Shown here: positions 1-11,790 of the stretch, piece after piece | How positions within the stretch are numbered: the stretch's first letter is position 1 | Layout: the number at the start of each line of letters is the position of its first letter | Assembly (NCBI GenBank): GCA_963844705.1 | Contig: CAWJPI010000005.1 | Span: 136-64,135 of the forward strand | Direction: 5' to 3' | Source of the DNA: Vulcanimicrobiota bacterium | GTDB taxonomy: Bacteria > Vulcanimicrobiota > Vulcanimicrobiia > Vulcanimicrobiales > Vulcanimicrobiaceae | Length of the DNA stretch: 64,000 bases | The notes under the pieces: model-generated | Databases searched by the model: none | What the model saw: the letters and a program-made list of their open reading frames with translations, nothing else | What the model was told of the DNA's origin: nothing | Translations under genes and position numbers: made by a program

Positions 1-116
1 CGGCTTTGCGGGACGCATGCGGTCAGAGCCGCCAGCAACAAACACGCGATCAGCCAAGGGCTTGCGCCGAACGGATATCCGATGATATGCTTTAGGTGCC
101 GAAGATCATTCGGCAT
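1..116 (-). CDS. putative lipoprotein, N-terminal fragment (gene continues off the left edge)
   Basis: There is an ATG at 116 (minus strand) with GAGG about 7 nt upstream. The translation MPNDLRHLKHIIGYPFGASPWLIACLLLAALTACVPQS has a hydrophobic core and an L-T-A-C lipobox. It is absent from the ORF track because there is no stop inside the window. Confidence 0.45.
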   Translation of the reverse strand, partial: MPNDLRHLKHIIGYPFGASPWLIACLLLAALTACVPQS

Positions 117-133
117 TTTTAACCTCTGAACGA

Positions 134-604
134 ATGATGATAACTACGACAAACGGACTCGACGAGCTCGATCTCAGAATCCTTGAGGCGTTGCAGCGCA
201 ATGCCCGTTCGACCTTCGCGGAGCTTGGCACGATCGTCGGCCTGCGGGCGCCCGCCGTGCACGACCGGGTGAAGCGCCTCGAGCAGCGGGGCTACATTCG
301 CGGCTACGGCGCCAAGCTCGACGCTCAGCGCCTCGGCCTCAATCTCACCGCCTTCATCAGTTGCTACACCACGCCCGACTGCGCGTACGACGAATTCACG
401 CGCGCGTTGGGCGCGATGCCGGAGGTCTGCGAGGTGCACTCCGTCGCCGGTGAGGAGAGCTTCGTCTGCAAGGTCGCGACGCGCTCGACCCATCACCTCG
501 ACGAACTGCTCGCGCGCCTGAAGGCCACTCCCGGAATGGCACGCACGCGCACGACGATCGTGCTGGGAATGCCCTTCGATCGCGGCGGCGTCACGGTAGG
601 ATAG
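134..604 (+). CDS. Lrp/AsnC family transcriptional regulator
   Basis: The 156-aa ORF has an N-terminal HTH (LDELDLRILEALQRNARSTFAELG) followed by an AsnC-type ligand-binding domain pattern. It lies directly upstream of kdd and kamA. Confidence 0.9.
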   Translation: MMITTTNGLDELDLRILEALQRNARSTFAELGTIVGLRAPAVHDRVKRLEQRGYIRGYGAKLDAQRLGLNLTAFISCYTTPDCAYDEFTRALGAMPEVCEVHSVAGEESFVCKVATRSTHHLDELLARLKATPGMARTRTTIVLGMPFDRGGVTVG

Positions 605-612
605 CGCGCCTT

Positions 613-1671
613 ATGCAGATGCAAGCGTTGTGCTGTCCGCTGGGGACCCACCGCGTGATCGAGCCTGCCGGCGCGATGCCGCAAGAGGCGTGGCGGCTCG
701 ACGCCACGCCGGAGATCCACGTCAATGAAATCCTCTGCGCCGTCGACGCGCTCAACATCGATTCGGCCTCCTTCAAGCAGATCGCGCACGCGTGCGCTGG
801 CGATTCGGCGCGCATCGCCGATCACATCGTCGAAATCGTTCGCCTGCGCGGCAAGCAGCACAACGCCGTCACCGGCAGCGGCGGCATGTTCGTCGGCCGC
901 GTGCTGGAGATCGGCGAAGCGCTGCGCGATGGGCTCGACCTGCGGCCGGGCGATCGCATCGCGTCGCTGGTCTCGCTGACGCTGACCCCGTTGCGCATCG
1001 AGAGCGTGCAGCGCGTCGATGTCGCCACGGGTCGCCTCTGGATAACGGGGACCGCGATTCTTTTCGAGAGCGCGCTCTGGGCGCGCCTCCCCGAGGACAT
1101 CGATGAAGGTGTCGCGCTCGCGGTGCTCGACGTCGCCGGCGCGCCGGCGCAGGTTCGCCGCCTCTGCCGCGAGGGCGACACGGTCGCCATCGTTGGTGCG
1201 GACGGCAAGAGCGGTATGCTCGCCTGCGCGCAGGCGCGCGGCGCCGTCGGCAGCGCCGGTAGCGTGATCGGCGTCGTGCCCGATGCGAACACGCCCGGTG
1301 CGAAGCTCCTTAAAGAGCTGGAGTACGTCGACCACCTCGTCGAAGCCGACGCTCGCGACGCGCGGGCGCTTTCGATCGGCCGTCGCGGCCGCCGCGCCGC
1401 AGCTTGCCGACCTCGTGGTCAACTGCGTCAACGTGCCCGACACCGAGCTGGGTTCGATCCTCTGTGCCCGCGACGGCGCAACCATCTACTTCTTTTCGAT
1501 GTCAACGTCGTTCACGGCCGCCGCGCTCGGAGCCGAAGGCGTCGGCCGGGACGTGACGATGATCATCGGCAACGGCTACACGAAGGGCCACGCCGAGATC
1601 GCCCTGCAGACGCTGCGCGACCGCCCGCGCCTGCTCGAACATTTCAACGCAACATACGCAAGGAAACTCTC

Positions 1672-1675
<4 letters not shown>
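613..1675 (+). pseudogene. kdd: L-erythro-3,5-diaminohexanoate dehydrogenase, one frame change near 1375-1390
   Basis: The N-terminal two thirds are in the frame of ORF 613.. (HRVIEPAGAMPQEAWRLD...LNIDSASFKQI...GKQHNAVTGSGGMFVG). The C-terminus is in the frame of ORF 1283..1675 (ADLVVNCVNVPDTELGSIL...IYFFSMSTSFTAAALGAEG...IIGNGYTKGHAEIAL). Together they give a full-length Kdd-like protein. Confidence 0.75.
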
Positions 1676-3060
<1,385 letters not shown>

Positions 3061-3073
3061 CGCTGCAAGCCGC

Positions 3074-3646
3074 ATGGGGGAGAAGCGTTTCCGGCTGGAT
3101 TTCGCGATCGCGCTCGGCGCGCTGCTGATCAGCACGATCGCCGCGATCTCGACGGTCTACCAAACGCGGGTCATCGCGCAGCAATTCAGCGCGACCGTGT
3201 GGCCCTACGTAACCTTCGACCGCACGAATTCGCCCTCGATGATGGAACTCGATCTGCGCAACGACGGCCTCGGACCGGCAATCGTGCACGGCGTGACGAT
3301 CGACCTCGACGGTAAGCACGTATCATCGCTCGAGGCGGCGCTCACCGACGTTTTCAAGGCGCAGCCGCAGGCGACCAAGCGCATCCGCGCGGCGGCCGCT
3401 CACGGTAACGGCGGTCTCAGCATCACCACCAGCACGCCGCACGCCGGAATGGTCGTTCCCGCCAACGCGAAGCACGTGCTCGTGCGGCTAAACGGAGCCG
3501 TGCTCGTGAGCGGCTTGGGCCCGTCACTGCTTAACTTGAAAGTCTCGCTCTGCTACTGCTCGCTCACCGGCAGCTGCTGGAGACAGACGCTCGCCGAAGA
3601 CCAGACGCCCGTCGCCGTCGCTTCCTGTCCGCGCGACGGCACGTAG
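3074..3646 (+). CDS. hypothetical membrane-anchored protein
   Basis: The 190-aa ORF has one N-terminal hydrophobic helix (FAIALGALLISTIAAISTVY) and G/C-rich third codon positions. I recognise no family. Confidence 0.45.
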   Translation: MGEKRFRLDFAIALGALLISTIAAISTVYQTRVIAQQFSATVWPYVTFDRTNSPSMMELDLRNDGLGPAIVHGVTIDLDGKHVSSLEAALTDVFKAQPQATKRIRAAAAHGNGGLSITTSTPHAGMVVPANAKHVLVRLNGAVLVSGLGPSLLNLKVSLCYCSLTGSCWRQTLAEDQTPVAVASCPRDGT

Positions 3647-4884
3647 CATCACCGGCCCGCCGGGCCGCAGCGTCACCGACGCGCTGATGCCGACGTCGGC
3701 GTCCCCGGCGACTTCGAAACGGAAGCGCCGCCGCAGCTCGTCCAACACCACACTCATCTCCCGCCACGCGAAATTCCTCGCCGATGCAGCGGCGCGCGCC
3801 GCCGCCGAAGGGCACGTAGGAGAACGGCGGCGGAGCGGCATCGCGCCAGCGCTCCGGCGCGAACCGCTCCGGCCGCGCGAATACGCTCGCGTTGCGGTGC
3901 AAGATTAACGGCGTGAGGAAGACGGTCGTCTTGGCGGGGATGACGCTGCCGTCGACGAGCGTCACCTCGCGCAGCGTCTCGCGGCCGAGGATCCACGCGG
4001 GCGGATAGAGCCGCAGCACCTCCTTGATCACGCGTTCGGTCGGTTCGTCGACACCAGGGTGCTTGGCGAGCAGCAGCAATGCCCACGTGAGCGCGTTGGC
4101 GGTCGTCTCGTGTCCGGCCATGAAGAGCGTCATGATCTCGTCGCGGATCTGCTCGTCGGAGGGACGAAAGCCCGTCTCGGCGTCACGCGCGGCTAACAGC
4201 AGCGAGAGTGCGTCGCCGCGCTGCTCGCCGTCGCGCCGCCGGCGTTCGATCAAGCCGTAGATGATCTCGTCGAGCATCGCGCGCGCGCGCCAGAAGCGGC
4301 GGATGCCCGGCAACGGAAGCCGTCGCCGCAACCCGGCCAGCGGCGTGAGCATGTAGGGAAACTCGCGCATCATGAGCCCCAGCGCCTCGCCGACGGCGCG
4401 CGCCGAATCGCTTTCGTCGCTGCCGAAGAGGGTCTCGGTGGCGATGCGCAGGGTAAGCTCGCGTCATCGCCGCGCGCGCTTCGAACGGGTGCTCGGGTAC
4501 GAGCGCGGCGGCAAACTCCCGCGCGTCGCGCTCCATGATGCGGGCGTGCTCGGCGACGCGCTCGCGGTGGAAGGCCGGCTGCACGATGCGGCGCATCTGG
4601 CGGTGCAGCGGATCCTCGCTGGTGAGCAGTCCCTCTCCCAGCAGCAGCGAGAGCACGCGCGTTCCCAGCGACTTCGAGAACGCGTGCTGCTGCGTGACGA
4701 GCACGTCTTTCACGAGCTCGGCTGAGTTCAGGAACACGTACGAGCGCCACGGCAGCGCGAAGGCCACCACATCGCCGTAGCGCTCCGCCGCGCGCGACAA
4801 AAACTCCGGAAACTTCGCGAAGGGCACCGGAAAGAGACCGCGCAGCGTCTGCAGGCGGCCGGGACCCGGAATCCTACGGGTCAT
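3524..4884 (-). pseudogene. cytochrome P450, two frame changes (near 4450 and 3775)
   Basis: Three minus-strand ORF pieces join into one P450: an N-terminus RIPGPGRLQTL, an I-helix-like FMAGHETTANAL, EVLRLYPP, and the heme loop FGGGARRCIGEEF continuing as AWREMSVVL in the next frame. Its ATG at 4884 overlaps the upstream gene's stop as ATGA. Confidence 0.8.
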
Positions 4885-6299
4885 TTTTTCCAGGCGACGG
4901 CTTTGTAGACGCGAACCTTGTCGAAGCTGCAGATGACGCGGTACTGCCCGCGCTCCACTTCGGCGGCAATCGCCGGGCGCAGCCGCTGCTGGAAGCTCTT
5001 GCTCGGAAAATCGTCGGCATACACCAAGTATTGTACACCGGCCGCCTTATCGATCGTCGCCTTCGGTCGCTGCGCGGCGATCGCCGAGAACCACTCGTCG
5101 TAGGTAGCGAGCGAAGCGTTCTTCGGTACGCAGTTGAGCGCCGCGGCCGCAGCCCGCAGGTTGCGGTAGTACGGGTGTAAGTAGTGCAGCGGATGGAGCG
5201 GATCGAACGCGATCAGGAAAACGACGCAGACGCCCGCGGCGGCAACGGTCCAGTTCTTGGCCACACGCACGCTGGTCTTACGGGCGAGCGCGACGACCCC
5301 CATCACCATCGCGACGAGCAGCCACGGGATCCAGAGCGCGGCGTAGTGGTCGCCCATCCGCCAGACGTAGCCGGAGTTCGCCAGCAGCACGATGCCGGCG
5401 CCGGGAACCGCCAGCAGCGCCCACCAGGAGCGCAGCGGCAGGAAGACCAGCGGGACGAGCGCCTCGAGCACGTACGTAAGGCGCCCGAACGTGAAGATCG
5501 AGGTCGCAAATTGGAACGGGTGCGTCACCGGGGCAGTCAACAGTGCGAGCGGACCGTGCGCGAATGAATACACGTAGAAGTGGCTCGGACGCCAGCCCCC
5601 AAGGCGCGGAATCACCACGCCGTAGTAGAAGAGGAGGGCGCCCGCACAGCAGCCGGCCAATAGGCTGCCCGCGATCACTAGCGAGCGGCGCTCCAGCGGA
5701 CGCTTGTCCAGCAGACCGCAACCCTGCGGCGAAGGCCGCAGCGCCGTGACCACCAAGACGACACCGAAGACGAAGAGCGTTATCACCGCATCCTCACGCA
5801 AGCCCATCGCCAGCAGCGAGCAGATCGCAAACCACTTCCATTTCGCGCGGTCGGCGGCGACGAACATTCCCAGCACCAGCGCCGTGAAGAGCCCCAGCTC
5901 GTGGAACTCGTCGAAGCCGAGCGCCAGCAGTGGCGGGTAGAAGAGCGTCACCAGACCGATTTGCTCGGCGAGCTTCTTGCCGGCATAAGGCCGGGCGAGC
6001 GCCACCACCAGCGGAACGCAGGCGACGGTCGCCGCCACCTGCACGATCTGCAAAGCGAGCGCGCCATGCGTCAGCGCGACGAACGGCCAAAGTATTCCCA
6101 GCGTCGGCGACCAGTGATAGCGAAAGTGCGACCCCTGCTCGACGCCGTCTCGCATGCCGTGGAACGCGTCGCCAACCACCTGCGCGAAGGTGCCGGTATC
6201 GGAGCCGTAGGTCCACAGTTTGGTACGGATCACCGCCAGGGCACTGAGCACGACGAACTCTACCGCTACCCAAAACCAGACGCGAATCGGGAGGCGCAT
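4881..6299 (-). CDS. polytopic membrane protein, DUF2079-like
   Basis: The 472-aa ORF has many hydrophobic segments. The N-terminal pattern (GSDTGTFAQV...HFRYHWSPTLGILWPF) matches my memory of DUF2079. The family call needs an HMM check. Confidence 0.6.
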   Translation of the reverse strand: MRLPIRVWFWVAVEFVVLSALAVIRTKLWTYGSDTGTFAQVVGDAFHGMRDGVEQGSHFRYHWSPTLGILWPFVALTHGALALQIVQVAATVACVPLVVALARPYAGKKLAEQIGLVTLFYPPLLALGFDEFHELGLFTALVLGMFVAADRAKWKWFAICSLLAMGLREDAVITLFVFGVVLVVTALRPSPQGCGLLDKRPLERRSLVIAGSLLAGCCAGALLFYYGVVIPRLGGWRPSHFYVYSFAHGPLALLTAPVTHPFQFATSIFTFGRLTYVLEALVPLVFLPLRSWWALLAVPGAGIVLLANSGYVWRMGDHYAALWIPWLLVAMVMGVVALARKTSVRVAKNWTVAAAGVCVVFLIAFDPLHPLHYLHPYYRNLRAAAAALNCVPKNASLATYDEWFSAIAAQRPKATIDKAAGVQYLVYADDFPSKSFQQRLRPAIAAEVERGQYRVICSFDKVRVYKAVAWKK

Positions 6300-6328
6300 T
6301 AGGGTCCTCCGACCAACCGCGCAGAGCG

Positions 6329-6868
6329 ATGAAGCGCATCTGCGTTTTCTGCGGGTCCAGAACCGGCAATGGCGACGCCTACGCGTCGATGGCGGCCGAG
6401 GCGGCCCGGACCATGGTGCGCGCCGGCTACGGCATCGTCTACGGTGGCGGCAGCGTGGGTCTGATGGGAATCGTGGCCGATTCGGCGCTGGCCTGCGGCG
6501 GCGAGGTAATCGGCGTGATCCCGCAGGCGCTCGCCCTCGCTGAGGTGGCGCACCAGGGCCTCACACAGCTTCACGTCGTCACCTCGATGCACGAGAGAAA
6601 AGCGCTAATGGATAACTTCAGCGACGCGTTTCTCGCGTTGCCCGGCGCCTTCGGAACAATGGACGAATTCTGCGAAGTGCTTACCTGGCGCCAGCTAGCC
6701 ATCCACAATAAGCCCATCGGGCTGCTCAACTACCGCGGCTACTACGACGCACTGCTTCATCTCTTCGCTTCGATGGTGGCCGAAAGCTTCCTTACTGTCC
6801 AGTCGAGCCGGCTCTTCGTCCACGCCTCAACGATCGCCGAGCTCCTCAACCAGATGTTCGTCCCCTAA
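6329..6868 (+). CDS. LOG family protein (TIGR00730, cytokinin riboside 5-prime-monophosphate phosphoribohydrolase-like)
   Basis: The 179-aa ORF carries the motifs VYGGGSVGLMG and LPGAFGTMDEFCE (the PGGxGTxxE class). Confidence 0.85.
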   Translation: MKRICVFCGSRTGNGDAYASMAAEAARTMVRAGYGIVYGGGSVGLMGIVADSALACGGEVIGVIPQALALAEVAHQGLTQLHVVTSMHERKALMDNFSDAFLALPGAFGTMDEFCEVLTWRQLAIHNKPIGLLNYRGYYDALLHLFASMVAESFLTVQSSRLFVHASTIAELLNQMFVP

Positions 6869-6881
6869 CGGGTTGCGGTTT

Positions 6882-9800
6882 CTATTCCGCCAGAGCCGTC
6901 GCGACGATGCGCTCCTGCTCGGCTGCATGCTGACCGGCATAGCCTTCGCTGGGACTGGCACGATAACCACGCCCGATGTACTCGATGTCGAATCCGTCGC
7001 GCTTGCCCTCGAGCAGCCGGCGCCGGACGAAGGCCCGCGCGCCCATATTCTTGGGCTCTTCTTGCACCCACACGATCTTTTTCAGGCGCGGGTACCCGGC
7101 GATGAGGCGGTTGATTTCGGCGACGGGCAGCGGCGCCAGCAGCTCGATGCGGCCGATCGCCGTCTTCGCCAGCGCGCCGTACGCCGGCGCGGCGATGAGG
7201 TCGTAGTAGATCTTGCCGGTGCAGAGGATCAGGCGTTCGACCTTTTCGCGGTCGAGCGGGCGCGGATCCTCGATGACCGGTGCGAAGCTGCCGGCGGCCA
7301 TCTCGTCGAGCCGCCCCGAGGCGGCGTCGGCGCGCAGCAACGATTTCGGCGTCAGCACGACCAGCGGCACCGCGATCGGGGAGCGAGCCTGCAGCCGCAG
7401 CAAGTGGTAGTAGTTGGCCGCCGTCGACGGCGAGGCGACCCGCAGGTTCCCTTCGGCTACCAGTTGCAGAAAGCGTTCGGGACGCGCACTCGAGTGCTCG
7501 GGACCGCCGCCTTCGTAGCCGTGAGGCAGCAGCAGCGTGAGGCGCGACGTTTGCCCCCATTTTGCTTGACCGGCCGCGATGAACTGATCGACGATCACCT
7601 GCGCGCCGTTGAAGAAGTCGCCGTACTGCGCTTCCCAGAGCACGAGCGCGTCGGACTGCTGCGTCGAGTAGCCGTACTCGAAGCCCATACACGCGTACTC
7701 GGAGAGCGGGCTGTTGTGGATCTCGAACGACGCTTGCGCCGGTGCGACGTGCTGCAGCGGAATCCAGATGCCGCCGGTCTGCGGATCGTGATAGACGTCG
7801 TGACGGTGACTGAACGTGCCGCGCTCGGTGTCTTGGCCGGTAAGCCGAACCGGCACGTTTGCGACCAGCAACGAGGCGCACGCGAGCGATTCGGCCGTGC
7901 CCCAGTCGACGACGCCGCGCTCGTCGATCGTCGCGTTGCGGCGCTCGATCTGGTTGTGTAGCTTGCGGTTGAGCGCGAAGCCTTCGGGAACGGTCGCGAG
8001 CGACTCCGTCCACCCTACGAGCGCGGCGCGGTCGGCCGGCGGCAGCTGCGCGCCGTCGAAGGTATTGCTGCCCGACATCTTGCGGCCGCCGGCGTACGAC
8101 GCGCTCGCGCCGCGCACGGCATGGCGCACCTCTTGCAGCCGCTGCGTCGCCTCTTCGGCCATCGCGCGCGCGCGGTCCGCCGAGAGCGTACCCGTATTGA
8201 CGAGCTTGTTGGCGAAGAGTTCGCGCACCGTCGGATGGCTCTTGATGCGCTCGACCATCTGCGGCTGCGTGTAGGCGGGTTCGTCCTGCTCGTTGTGCCC
8301 GAAGCGCCGGTAGCCGATGAGGTCGATCAGGGCATCGCGCCCGAACGCACGGCGAAAATCCACGACGAGATGGACCGCCGCGATGCACGCGTCGACGTCG
8401 TCGGCGTTGACGTGCACGATCGGCACGTCGAAGCCCTTCGCCAGGTCGGAGGCGTAGCGCGTGGAGCGCGCGTCGGCGTTGTCGGTCGTAAAGCCGATCT
8501 GATTGTTGGCGATCAAGTGGAGCGTGCCGCCCGTCTCGTAGCCCGGCAACGACTGCAGGTTGAAGACTTCGGCAACGATGCCTTGGCCGGTAAACGCCGC
8601 GTCGCCATGGATGAGAATGGGCACGGCGCGCTTGCGGTCGTAGGCGGGAATGCCGTGCGAATGATCGGTCTGCAGCGCGCGCGCGCTGCCCTCGACCACC
8701 GGGTCGACGGCTTCGAGATGGCTGGGGTTGTGCGCCAGCGTGACGCCGATCGTCTTTCCTTTGGTCGTCGTGAACGTGCCGGTCGCGCCGTGGTGGTACT
8801 TCACGTCGCCCATCACGTCGTCGTCGTCGAGATCGGCGCGGAACGCGGCCATCTCGAACTCGGTCATTACCTCTTCGTAGGGCATGTTGACGACGTGAGC
8901 GATTACGTTGAGGCGTCCGCGATGCGCCATGCCGAGCACGGCGTCGGCCACACCGTCCTCCGCGAGCATGTCGAGCATCTCTTCGAGCATCGGCACCATC
9001 ACGTCGAGGCCCTCGCCCGAGAACGTCTTCTGGCCGAGAAACGTCTTGCGCACGTAGCGGTCGAAGGCTTCGACGCGCGTCAGCCGTTCGAGCAGCCCAA
9101 CCTGACGCTCGGGCGATTGCGACACTTTGTTGCGGCCCGATTCGATGTAATCGCGCAGCCACGTGCGCTGCACCGCGTCGGAGATGTGCTCGATCTCGTA
9201 CGCGATCGTGGAGCTGTACGTTTCGCGCAGACGCGGCAGCACGTCGGCCAGGGTATTGCCCGGCACTTTCACGCGCAGCACGCTGGCGGGAATCGCGCTC
9301 TGCAGCGCGGGCGTGAGCCCGTAGGTCTGCGGCTCGAGCGACGCATCGCCAACGGGTTCGGTTCCCAGCGGGTCGAGGTGCGCGCCGAGATGGCCATAGC
9401 GCCGGTAGGCGGAGACGATCGCCATGCCCGCGGCGACCGCGCGCAGCATCTCGTCGGAGGGCGGCGTGGTCGCCGGCCCGACGGGGGTCATCGCGACCTG
9501 CGGAATCGCCGCAGCCTGCAGACCGAGCGAGGTGAAGACGCTCTGGTAGAACCCGCCGTCGCCCTGCAATAGCTCGTCGATGCGGCGGAGGTACTCGCCG
9601 GACTGCGCGCCCTGGATCACGCGGTGATCGTAGGTGCTGGTCATCTGCATTACGCGCGAGACGCCGAGCAGCCGCAGTGACTGTTCGTTGGCCGCGCCGA
9701 AGCCGGCGGGATAACCGATAGCGCCGGTCGCGATGATCGCGCCCTGGCCGGCGAGCAGGCGCGGCACCGACGCGACGGTGCCGATGCCGCCGGGATTGGT

Positions 9801-10813
9801 CAGCGTGAACGACGCCCCGACGAGATCGTCGGCGACGAGCTTGTTCTCGCGCGCTTTGGCGACCAGCTCTTCGTAGCGAGCGCGAAATGCGGCGAAGTCG
9901 AGCTGGCCGGCGTTGCGGATCACGGGTACGACCAAAAAGCGCGTGCCGTCTTTGCGCGCGGCGTCGACCGCCAGACCGAGGTGGATGCCGGGCTCGAGGC
10001 GCGCCGGCGCGCCGTTCTCGTCGCGGCGGAAGGAGTGCGTGATTGCCGGCTGCTCGCGCGCCGACGTTACCATCGCGTACGCGATCAGGTGCGTGAACGA
10101 GACTTTCTCGCCGCGTCCCGCCGCGCGCAGCGCGCCGTTGAGTTCCTTGCGGCGCGCGTCGAGCGCGTTGACGGCGATGCTGCGAAAGCTCGTGGCCGTG
10201 GGAATCTGGAGGCTCTGCTCCATGTAGCCGGTGAGCGCCGCGGCCGGTCCCCGAAGCGGCACCAACGAGGCGCCGGGCGGAATCGGCGGCAGCGGCGGCC
10301 CTGGCGGCGGCGCGGGGCGGCGCGGCCTGCCGGCCGCCGCGGCGACGTCGGAACGCAGGATCAGCCCGTCGGGCCCCGTGCCGGTCATCGCGCCGAGGTT
10401 GACGTCGAGCCGCTCTGCCAAACGGCGGGCCTGCGGGTCGGCCAGTCCCGCGCTCTTTCCCGGGACGGGGCGATCGGCGCGGATGGGCCGGCCGGCCGCG
10501 GCGCGGTTGCGGCGCCGTTACCCGACGCGGGCTTCGCGAATGCGGGGGAGGCCTGACCCTCGGTCTTCGTCGTGTCGATTTCGGCCAGCACGGCGCCGAC
10601 CGCGACCGTCTCGCCCTCGCGTGCACCGATCTTGGTGACCACGCCGGAGACCGTCGCCGGCACCTCGACGTTGACCTTATCGGTGGTGATCTCGACGAGC
10701 GGGTCGCCCTCGGCGACGAAATCGCCGACTCGCTTGCGCCACTCGACGACGGAGCCTTCGGTCACCGACTCACCCATCTCGGGGAGCGTTACCTGAACGA
10801 GCGTCTCTTCCAA
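6882..10813 (-). pseudogene. sucA: multifunctional 2-oxoglutarate dehydrogenase: lipoyl domain, PSBD, E2o acyltransferase and E1o in one reading unit, one frame change near 10420-10480
   Basis: ORF 10385..10813 encodes a lipoyl domain (LPEMGESVTEGSVVEW...EITTDKVNVEVPA). ORF 6882..10421 (1179 aa) starts inside a peripheral-subunit-binding domain (ARRLAERLDVNLGAMTGTGPDGLILRSDV). It continues through an E2 catalytic domain (TLTNPGGIGT...STYDHRVIQGAQSG) and a full E1o. The two frames abut in the Ala/Pro linker. Confidence 0.85.
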
Positions 10814-10859
10814 AACAGCCCCATTCTACGCCGCTCCGAGCCCCATGGCTACGACCCCC

Positions 10860-10895
10860 TTGTCACCCCGAGCGCCCTTTGTCATCCCGAGCGCC
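10860..10895. repeat. two tandem copies of a 17-nt motif TTGTCAYCCCGAGCGCC (19-nt period)
   Basis: The copies lie at 10860..10876 and 10879..10895 in the intergenic gap between the sucA-fusion start and the cytochrome c stop. A partial inverted match (GTCGAGGGACGA) follows. Confidence 0.6.
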
Positions 10896-10963
10896 GTCGA
10901 GGGACGATAAGCGGGATCCGCTCAAACACGTTCTCGAGCACGCTGCGTCAGGGTGACGGGGGG

Positions 10964-11790
10964 TTAGAAAAACGTGGCGGGGAGCGCGGGGGTGATGACC
11001 AGCGCGTTCTTGCGGAACGCGGGGCGCTTGTGGCTCAAGACGAATGCGGCGATGTCGTAGGCTTGGTTGACCGAGAGCGAGCCGGGGTCGTTCTGCGGCA
11101 TGTCGTAGCGCACGAATCCCGTCATGCGGTCGATATGGGCCATGCCCGCGCCGGAGTTGAACGAACGCCTTCCCCATAAGGGCGGGTAGATGCCCGAGAG
11201 TCCCGTTCCGTCGAGTCCGTGACACATCGAACAATCCTGCGCGAAGAGCGCGGAGCCGCGCTTGCGGTCGGGCTCGCGCCGCGGGAGCGGGACGATATAC
11301 CGATCGGACACCGGCTGCTTCGCGCCGACCGGCGTACCGCGCGAGAGCCACGAGATGTAGGCGACGATCGCGATCATCGCCTTGCTGCTGTAGGCCGGAG
11401 CGCGGCCGTTCATACTGTACAAGAAGCACTCCGCGATGCGGTCTTGCAGCGCAATCACGCGATGTGCGCGCTTGTTCCATTGCGGAAAGCGCGCGTACGT
11501 GCCGAGAAAGCTCCCCCCTTAAGCTGCGTGCCTGCGGCGATATGGCAGTCGTCGCAGACGAGATCGGCGCCGACGTACCCCTTCATCAGGCGCCGCGTGC
11601 GGATCATGATCGCGTGGCCGAGCGCGATCGATTGTCCCAGCTCCCCCGGCGGCAAGCTCTTGGGATCGTAGACCGCGGCCCCGACTGCTGCGGGCGCCGA
11701 CGGCGCACCCCGCGGGGCACCGCTCGAACATGCGGTTGCCGCGAGTGCGGCGCTCGCGGCGAGGACGACGAGCGAGCGTGAGCGTTTCAC
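10964..11790 (-). pseudogene. diheme c-type cytochrome, TsdA/SoxA-like, lipoprotein signal, one frame change at a C6 run (11513..11518)
   Basis: Two CxxCH motifs (CDDCH, CSMCH) and an N-terminal signal with AATAC. Reading across the run as if it had one more base gives continuous LKGGSFLGTYARFPQWNKRAHRVIALQDRIAECFLYSMNG, which fits the TsdA-like family pattern. Confidence 0.75.

Noticed and set aside
98-120. Hairpin GCCGAA-GATCA-TTCGGC followed by ATTTTT, looking like an intrinsic terminator upstream of the Lrp gene.
   Set aside because: It lies inside the first codons of a plausible minus-strand lipoprotein gene (ATG at 116, with GAGG upstream). No plus-strand gene clearly ends before it.
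1441-1465. GGGTTCGATCCTC string resembling a tRNA T-arm. The string GGCCGTCTAGCTCAGACC at 62641 also resembles a tRNA 5-prime end.
   Set aside because: No complementary acceptor, D or anticodon stems can be drawn around either string. The first is inside kdd coding sequence and the second is inside the IS21 left end.
6865-10626. A 1253-aa minus-strand ORF. Similar very long alternative-frame or antisense ORFs occur at 493..1485, 19346..20719, 30799..32808, 42087..43598 and 37410..38675.
   Set aside because: The translations are Arg/Ala/Gly/Pro-rich low-complexity strings, typical of off-frame reading in high-G+C DNA. Each one overlaps a gene with strong, motif-level family support in another frame.
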